A DNA stretch of 10,774 bases, taken from the IMG/VR virus record IMGVR_UViG_2531839477_000013, one strand, 5' to 3'. This stretch comes from a virus (taxonomy: Duplodnaviria > Heunggongvirae > Uroviricota > Caudoviricetes). The translations under genes were made by a program, and so were the position numbers. Below, in pieces: positions 5,716 through 10,774 of the stretch; within the stretch, counting starts at the first letter, position 1, and the number at the start of each line of letters is the position of its first letter. The notes under the pieces were generated by a model. It searched no databases. It was given only the letters and a program-made list of their open reading frames with translations, and was not told where the DNA came from.

Positions 5716-6049
5716 ATACAGCGAACTCCATTGGTTTAGTTGGATATTTACTGTGCTGGACAAAAACGGTTTGCGGGGAAATCTTAGTTAAGTAGAATGA
5801 CTGCGGGTGCTTGAGGCTATCTGCCTCGGGCATGGACACCAACGGCAGATAGAGAAAAGCCCCAGTTAACATTACGCGTCCTGCAAGACGCTTAACATTA
5901 ATCTGAGGCCAATTTCATGCTAGACACATGTAGGTTAGCCTCTTACGTGCCGAAAGGCACGGAGAAGCAGGCTATTGTTAACACCAAGCTGTAATGTCCC
6001 CTTTGAACCATTCAAAAATGTCCCCAGACAATTCTCTGGGGGATTTTTC

Positions 6050-7390
6050 ATGATCAAAGAGACTGTTACGATGAGTCATAAGGAACTCCACCGACTTCAG
6101 ATTATTCAGGAGTCAATTAATCGACATATTACTCAGGAACAAGCTGCGGCACGCATTGGCATTTCTATTCGGCAGGTTAAACGTCTGGTGCAACGGTATA
6201 GAAATGAAGGGCCTTCTGGTCTGGTTTCCCACCGACGTGGAAAGCGTCCTAATAATTCCTTTTCTACTGAATTCAGAGCAACAGTAATTTCACTCCTCAA
6301 AGGCCGTTACGCTGATTTTGGACCTACGTTTGCGTGCGAAAAATTGCGCGAGATACACGGTTTATCTTTATCCGTTGAAACTCTCAGAAAGTGGATGATA
6401 GAAGAGGGGTTATGGCGTGAACGCCGTCGTAAAATTGCCCGTATATATCAACGCCGCATGCGACGACCATCTTATGGTGAACTGATCCAGATTGATGGCT
6501 CACCTCATGACTGGTTTGAAAATCGAGGCCCCAGATGTACACTGATCGTTTTCATTGATGATGCCACCAGTGCGTTGATGGCGTTGCGTTTTGTGCCTGC
6601 TGAAACAACCCGGGCTTACATGGAAACCCTCCGGGGTTACCTTAATGATCATGGCGTACCGCTCGCTCTCTACTCTGATAGACACAGTATATTCAGGGTA
6701 AATAACCCAGAGCGGGAAGGTGAGCTGACCCAGTTCACTCGTGCGATAAAGACACTGGGCATCGAGCCAATCCATGCCAACAGCCCGCAGGCAAAAGGGC
6801 GGGTAGAGCGCGCCAATCAGACACTACAGGACAGGCTGGTCAAAGAAATGCGGCTTCAGAATATCAGTGATATTGAAACAGCAAATGCATGGTTGCCGAC
6901 CTTTATTGAAGCCTATAACAACCGGTTCGCTACGTCGCCTCGTACTACTGATAATGCTCATCTTGATGTGCACCATTCTGAAGAGGAACTGGGTTATATC
7001 TTCAGCCTACAGGCGAAGCGCGTTCTGTCTAAAAATCTCACTTTCCAGTACAAAAGCAGTGCGTTTCAGGTACGCAGTGAGAGCCGGGGATATCGACTTA
7101 GGCATTCGGTTGTTACTGTATGCGAGAACTTTGACGGTGAAATTAACGTTCTGTATGACGGGAAAGCGCTGGGCTGGGAAAAGTATGTTGATGGCCCGGA
7201 GCCTATACCACTGGATGATGAAAAGAGTGTCCATGAACGAGTGGATAATGCCCGTATTGATTTACGCTCAAAATACTATGTTAAACCTAAAGCTGACCAT
7301 CCCTGGCTTACGCGCCGAACGCAAAGTCATCAGCAAGTTAAGCCCCCGAAGTTACCTAAAAAGAAGCCTGATCCCGATAAAAAAGATTGA
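6050..7390 (+). CDS. DDE transposase-like protein of the rve (integrase core) type, N-terminal HTH, 446 aa; IS481/ISNCY-like
   Basis: First in-frame ATG at 6050 after a GGGGGA Shine-Dalgarno (track ORF starts at TTG 5975). Catalytic-looking residues IQIDGS, LYSDRHS, GRVERANQTL. Probably the full-length counterpart of the intK fragment I recall in K-12 Qin. Element boundaries not identified. Confidence 0.82.
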   Translation: MIKETVTMSHKELHRLQIIQESINRHITQEQAAARIGISIRQVKRLVQRYRNEGPSGLVSHRRGKRPNNSFSTEFRATVISLLKGRYADFGPTFACEKLREIHGLSLSVETLRKWMIEEGLWRERRRKIARIYQRRMRRPSYGELIQIDGSPHDWFENRGPRCTLIVFIDDATSALMALRFVPAETTRAYMETLRGYLNDHGVPLALYSDRHSIFRVNNPEREGELTQFTRAIKTLGIEPIHANSPQAKGRVERANQTLQDRLVKEMRLQNISDIETANAWLPTFIEAYNNRFATSPRTTDNAHLDVHHSEEELGYIFSLQAKRVLSKNLTFQYKSSAFQVRSESRGYRLRHSVVTVCENFDGEINVLYDGKALGWEKYVDGPEPIPLDDEKSVHERVDNARIDLRSKYYVKPKADHPWLTRRTQSHQQVKPPKLPKKKPDPDKKD

Positions 7391-7786
7391 AACCAAGATC
7401 GATTCGGTTGAGTGCATATCCATTCATAGGGTAGATTCTTAAGTCGCGTTTCTGGTGTTCATTTTCGGGTGGTTTGTTACTTGTTTTACCGGGGATATGC
7501 CAGAAACGCGCTGAGTCAGTCTGGGCGGTGCGCGTAATGAGGCGTTATGGTAAATAGCCTATGCTAATGTCCGCTAAGAGCAAGAAGCGGAAGTTGGCAG
7601 TTTTGTGGACTGTCCCCACAAAAGTGACTACAGAAATAGTTGCAATTCATAATTGATCATGGGTTGTCAGTTAAACTCGTAGCGATTTAAATAGACTAAT
7701 TGGGAGTGCGTCCATTACTTATATCTTGTAATGTTAACTATCAGAAATGATACAAAGATAATATGTCTTTAAAGAAAAGGCTGATG

Positions 7787-7812
7787 GCGAAAAGTGGCCC
7801 GATGAGGGCCAC
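7787..7812 (-). terminator. Probable intrinsic terminator of flxA
   Basis: On the minus strand, stem GTGGCCC / GGGCCAC (plus 7794-7800 and 7806-7812) with a 5-nt loop, followed by CTTTTCG, 15 bp after the flxA stop. Confidence 0.55.
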
Positions 7813-7826
7813 AATACGGCTGTCAC

Positions 7827-8159
7827 TTAGACGTAAATATCAATGGTGCCAGCGGTATTTGTATCGTCTTTTTTCTCTTCTTTTTTATCAGGCTGAACTG
7901 TCGCGTCTTCATTCTTTTTCTCTGCCTGCTGCCTTAACAACTGCTCCAGTTGAGCCCAGAGGCTTTCAATTTGCTTCTGTACCAATGCAGCCATTTCTTT
8001 TTTCTGCTGTGTCGTCATCCCCTCTTCCGATGAGATTTTCCCAAGCTTTTCAGTCAGCACCTGAATTTGTCTTGTGATTTTGGCTATTTCTGATGTTCCT
8101 TCCGGGGCGGAGTTGTTTGAAATAACGGTTGAGGTATTTCCCTGAATTGTGACAGACAT
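7827..8159 (-). CDS. flxA: FlxA (sigma-28 dependent prophage protein), 110 aa
   Basis: 110-aa ORF MSVTIQGNTSTVISNNSAPEGTSEIAKITRQIQ..., matching FlxA as I recall it. AAGGAG Shine-Dalgarno 7 nt upstream of the ATG. Confidence 0.9.
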   Translation of the reverse strand: MSVTIQGNTSTVISNNSAPEGTSEIAKITRQIQVLTEKLGKISSEEGMTTQQKKEMAALVQKQIESLWAQLEQLLRQQAEKKNEDATVQPDKKEEKKDDTNTAGTIDIYV

Positions 8160-8182
8160 AGATTTCTCCTTTTAAAAAAGCA

Positions 8183-8209
8183 CTATCGGCATGAACAAAA
8201 AAATCTTTA
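8183..8209 (-). promoter_or_regulatory. FliA (sigma-28) promoter of flxA
   Basis: Minus strand reads TAAAGATT-N11-GCCGATAG, a close match to the sigma-28 consensus TAAAGTTT-N11-GCCGATAA, placed about 25 nt upstream of the flxA ATG. Confidence 0.8.
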
Positions 8210-8361
8210 ATCGTATTTCTTGTGTCATTAATTGTTTGATGTTCAGATTGTTTTCCTCGCGGGCTGGCGCGCCTCAGAAAGTAAAGCTTGTTGACAGGGG
8301 TAAACGTTCGGCAATAATTTTCTGCCGCATGCGGGTGTTGCATAAAACGTGTTACGTTCCT

Positions 8362-8667
8362 TTATCGACAGGTCAGGTCACCGCTCACCCGCCGACGAGA
8401 AAGCAACACTGACATGCTAAAGCAAAAAATAGATGAATAAGTTGAGTTGTGCATATGTAGCCTGACCGTCACAAAGTATATGGTGTCTGTACCAGTAAGA
8501 TGATGGCCGGACTCTTTAAAAACGAGCTGACCTGCACAATACAGGATGGACTTAGCAATGGCTGCTCCTGGCAGAAAGCGGACAGTGATCACCGTTCTTA
8601 CGACTACTTTCTGACTTCCTTCGTGACTTGCCCTAAGCATGTTGTAGTGCGATACTTGTAATGACAT
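8362..8667 (-). CDS. YdfV-like hypothetical ORF (101 aa), doubtful
   Basis: ORF length matches the 101-aa ydfV I recall between flxA and relB in K-12. The sequence has no recognisable features and its 5' end overlaps the relBE promoter-operator. Confidence 0.3.
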   Translation of the reverse strand: MSLQVSHYNMLRASHEGSQKVVVRTVITVRFLPGAAIAKSILYCAGQLVFKESGHHLTGTDTIYFVTVRLHMHNSTYSSIFCFSMSVLLSRRRVSGDLTCR

Positions 8668-8680
8668 TTGTAATTACAAG
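8628..8680 (+). promoter_or_regulatory. relBE promoter and operator: TTGCCC (8628-8633), 17-bp spacer, GATACT (8651-8656), operator repeats CTTGTAATGACATTTGTAATTACAAG (8655-8680)
   Basis: Hexamers and the TTGTAAT/ATTACAA palindrome read directly. Position immediately upstream of relB fits the autoregulated relBE operator. Confidence 0.65.
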
Positions 8681-8691
8681 AGGTGTAAGAC

Positions 8692-8931
8692 ATGGGTAGC
8701 ATTAACCTGCGTATTGACGATGAACTTAAAGCGCGTTCTTACGCCGCGCTTGAAAAAATGGGTGTAACTCCTTCTGAAGCGCTTCGTCTCATGCTCGAGT
8801 ATATCGCTGACAATGAACGCTTGCCGTTCAAACAGACACTCCTGAGTGATGAAGATGCTGAACTTGTGGAGATAGTGAAAGAACGGCTTCGTAATCCTAA
8901 GCCAGTACGTGTGACGCTGGATGAACTCTGA
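8692..8931 (+). CDS. relB: RelB antitoxin (79 aa)
   Basis: Product MGSINLRIDDELKARSYAALEKMGVTPSEALRLMLEYIADNERLPFKQTLLSDEDAELVEIVKERLRNPKPVRVTLDEL is near-identical to K-12 RelB as I recall it. Its stop overlaps the relE start by 1 nt. Confidence 0.95.
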   Translation: MGSINLRIDDELKARSYAALEKMGVTPSEALRLMLEYIADNERLPFKQTLLSDEDAELVEIVKERLRNPKPVRVTLDEL

Positions 8932-9218
8932 TGGCGTATTTTCTGGATTTTGACGAGCGGGCACTAAAGGAATGGCGAAAGCTGGGCTCGACGGTACGTG
9001 AACAGTTGAAAAAGAAGCTGGTTGAAGTACTTGAGTCACCCCGGATTGAAGCAAACAAGCTCCGTGGTATGCCTGATTGTTACAAGATTAAGCTCCGGTC
9101 TTCAGGCTATCGCCTTGTATACCAGGTTATAGACGAGAAAGTTGTCGTTTTCGTGATTTCTGTTGGGAAAAGAGAACGCTCGGAAGTATATAGCGAGGCG
9201 GTCAAACGCATTCTCTGA
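8931..9218 (+). CDS. relE: RelE toxin (mRNA interferase), 95 aa
   Basis: Product MAYFLDFDERALKEWRKLGSTVREQLKKKLVEVLESPRIEANKLRGMPDCYKIKLRSSGYRLVYQVIDEKVVVFVISVGKRERSEVYSEAVKRIL matches RelE as I recall it. Confidence 0.95.
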   Translation: MAYFLDFDERALKEWRKLGSTVREQLKKKLVEVLESPRIEANKLRGMPDCYKIKLRSSGYRLVYQVIDEKVVVFVISVGKRERSEVYSEAVKRIL

Positions 9219-9289
9219 ACCAAAGCATGACATCTCTGTTTCGCACCGAAGGTGACACTTCTGCTTTGCGTTGACAGGAGAAGCAGGCT

Positions 9290-9445
9290 ATGAAGCAGCA
9301 AAAGGCGATGTTAATCGCCCTGATCGTCATCTGTTTAACCGTCATAGTGACGGCACTGGTAACGAGGAAAGACCTCTGCGAGGTACGAATCCGAACCGGC
9401 CAGACGGAGGTCGCTGTCTTCACAGCTTACGAACCTGAGGAGTAA
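9290..9445 (+). CDS. hokD: HokD (RelF) Hok-family membrane toxin, 51 aa, below the ORF-track cutoff
   Basis: Hand translation gives MKQQKAMLIALIVICLTVIVTALVTRKDLCEVRIRTGQTEVAVFTAYEPEE with TAA at 9443-9445. A typical Hok sequence, in the expected place after relE. Confidence 0.9.
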   Translation: MKQQKAMLIALIVICLTVIVTALVTRKDLCEVRIRTGQTEVAVFTAYEPEE

Positions 9446-9467
9446 GAGACCAGGCGGGGGAGAATCC

Positions 9468-10774
9468 CATAAGCGCTAACTTAAGGGTTGTGGTATTACG
9501 CCTGATATGATTTAACGTGCCGATGAATTACTCTCACGATAACTGGTCAGCAATTCTGGCCCATATTGGTAAGCCCGAAGAACTGGATACTTCGGCACGT
9601 AATGCCGGGGCTCTAACCCGCCGCCGCGAAATTCGTGATGCTGCAACTCTGCTACGTCTGGGGCTGGCTTACGGCCCCGGGGGGATGTCATTACGTGAAG
9701 TCACTGCATGGGCTCAGCTCCATGACGTTGCAACATTATCTGACGTGGCTCTCCTGAAGCGGCTGCGGAATGCCGCCGACTGGTTTGGCATACTTGCCGC
9801 ACAAACACTTGCTGTACGCGCCGCAGTTACGGGTTGTACAAGCGGAAAGAGATTGCGTCTTGTCGATGGAACAGCAATCAGTGCGCCCGGGGGCGGCAGC
9901 GCTGAATGGCGACTACATATGGGATATGATCCTCATACCTGTCAGTTCACTGATTTTGAGCTAACCGACAGCAGAGACGCTGAACGGCTGGACCGATTTG
10001 CGCAAACGGCAGACGAGATACGCATTGCTGACCGGGGATTCGGTTCGCGTCCCGAATGTATCCGCTCACTTGCTTTTGGAGAAGCTGATTATATCGTCCG
10101 GGTTCACTGGCGAGGATTGCGCTGGTTAACTGCAGAAGGAATGCGCTTTGACATGATGGGTTTTCTGCGCGGGCTGGATTGCGGTAAGAACGGTGAAACC
10201 ACTGTAATGATAGGCAATTCAGGTAATAAAAAAGCCGGAGCTCCCTTTCCGGCACGTCTCATTGCCGTATCACTTCCTCCCGAAAAAGCATTAATCAGTA
10301 AAACCCGACTGCTCAGCGAGAATCGTCGAAAAGGACGAGTAGTTCAGGCGGAAACGCTGGAAGCAGCGGGCCATGTGCTATTGCTAACATCATTACCGGA
10401 AGATGAATATTCAGCAGAGCAAGTGGCTGATTGTTACCGTCTGCGATGGCAAATTGAACTGGCTTTTAAGCGGCTCAAAAGTTTGCTGCACCTGGATGCT
10501 TTGCGTGCAAAGGAACCTGAACTCGCGAAAGCGTGGATATTTGCTAATCTACTCGCCGCATTTTTAATTGACGACATAATCCAGCCATCGCTGGATTTCC
10601 CCCCCAGAAGTGCCGGATCCGAAAAGAAGAACTAACTCGTTGTGGAGAATAACAAAAATGGTCATCTGGAGCTTACAGGTGGCCATTCGTGGGACAGTAT
10701 CCCTGACAGCCTACAAAACGCAATTGAAGAACGCGAGGCATCGTCTTAACGAGGCACCGAGGCGTCGCATTCTT
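9468..10774 (+). mobile_element. IS186 (IS4 family), left end at 9468; right end lies about 30 bp beyond the window
   Basis: The sequence from CATAAGCGCTAACTTAAGGGTTG (9468-) matches the IS186 left terminus as I recall it. The window ends inside the element just before the expected right inverted repeat. Inserted 22 bp after the hokD stop in a GC-rich site (GGCGGGGGAGAATCC). Confidence 0.88.
9523..10635 (+). CDS. insL: IS186 transposase (IS4 family, DDE), 370 aa
   Basis: ATG at 9523 (track ORF starts at GTG 9517). Product MNYSHDNWSAILAHIGKPEELD... with the IS4-family Y-x2-R-x3-E-x6-K motif (YRLRWQIELAFKRLK). Confidence 0.9.
   Translation: MNYSHDNWSAILAHIGKPEELDTSARNAGALTRRREIRDAATLLRLGLAYGPGGMSLREVTAWAQLHDVATLSDVALLKRLRNAADWFGILAAQTLAVRAAVTGCTSGKRLRLVDGTAISAPGGGSAEWRLHMGYDPHTCQFTDFELTDSRDAERLDRFAQTADEIRIADRGFGSRPECIRSLAFGEADYIVRVHWRGLRWLTAEGMRFDMMGFLRGLDCGKNGETTVMIGNSGNKKAGAPFPARLIAVSLPPEKALISKTRLLSENRRKGRVVQAETLEAAGHVLLLTSLPEDEYSAEQVADCYRLRWQIELAFKRLKSLLHLDALRAKEPELAKAWIFANLLAAFLIDDIIQPSLDFPPRSAGSEKKN

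Noticed and set aside
5817-5852. 9-bp stem hairpin CTATCTGCC-N18-GGCAGATAG as a terminator or IS end
   Set aside because: No adjacent U-tract and no matching partner at the other side of the transposase-like gene. Kept only as part of the CAGATA palindrome observation.
5442-5872. Minus-strand ORFs 5442..5699 and 5690..5872
   Set aside because: The first is antisense to the small membrane protein gene, which has the strong ribosome binding site. The second lacks a ribosome binding site and covers a hairpin-rich spacer.
5975-6049. Upstream TTG start for the transposase-like gene (track ORF 5975..7390)
   Set aside because: The TTG has no Shine-Dalgarno, whereas the ATG at 6050 follows GGGGGA at proper spacing. 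The extension would also read through the AATGTCCCC repeats.
6500-7442. ORFs 6500..6775 (-), 6867..7442 (+), 7007..7234 (-) within the transposase-like gene
   Set aside because: Alternative frames of a gene whose main frame carries the DDE-type motifs.
7763-8412. ORFs 7763..8077 (+), 8050..8343 (-), 8191..8412 (+)
   Set aside because: The first is antisense to flxA. The others span the flxA promoter region and have no ribosome binding sites; the ATG at 8191 lies inside the sigma-28 promoter.
8674-9423. Minus-strand ORFs 8674..9054, 9107..9301, 9202..9423
   Set aside because: Antisense to relB, relE and hokD. I considered whether 9202..9423 marks a Sok-like antisense RNA, but I could not identify a promoter or terminator for one.
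9770-10255. ORFs 9770..9964 (+) and 9947..10255 (-) inside IS186
   Set aside because: They are an alternative frame of, and antisense to, the IS186 transposase gene.

Overview
This window is the immunity and early/replication segment of a Qin-like lambdoid prophage of an Escherichia coli-type genome, ending in a partial IS186 copy. All identifications rest on my reading of the sequence and on recalled protein and RNA sequences; no database search was run. In order: the dicB operon on the minus strand (dicB 5' part, DicF sRNA, ydfC, ydfB, ydfA), the DicA repressor gene, then divergently on the plus strand dicC (cro-like), a YdaT/YdfX-like gene, a replication initiator with five in-gene iterons and a DnaT-like C-terminus, a 140-aa hypothetical, a methyltransferase-like gene broken by an in-frame TAA, a run of small partly disrupted ORFs, an AT-rich islet with a 59-aa two-helix membrane protein, a 446-aa DDE (rve-type) transposase-like gene, flxA on the minus strand with a sigma-28 promoter, the relB-relE-hokD toxin-antitoxin operon, and IS186 inserted 22 bp after hokD and cut by the window end. 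From memory, K-12 Qin keeps only ydfX and an intK fragment between dicC and flxA, so this looks like a more complete relative. I do not see a clear multi-gene novel system. The best candidates for undescribed biology are the segment 4385-5720 (small acidic ORFs, a hairpin-structured ribosome binding site, a small membrane protein in AT-rich DNA) and a repeated TGTTAGA-N4-TCTAACA operator motif on both sides of dicA.
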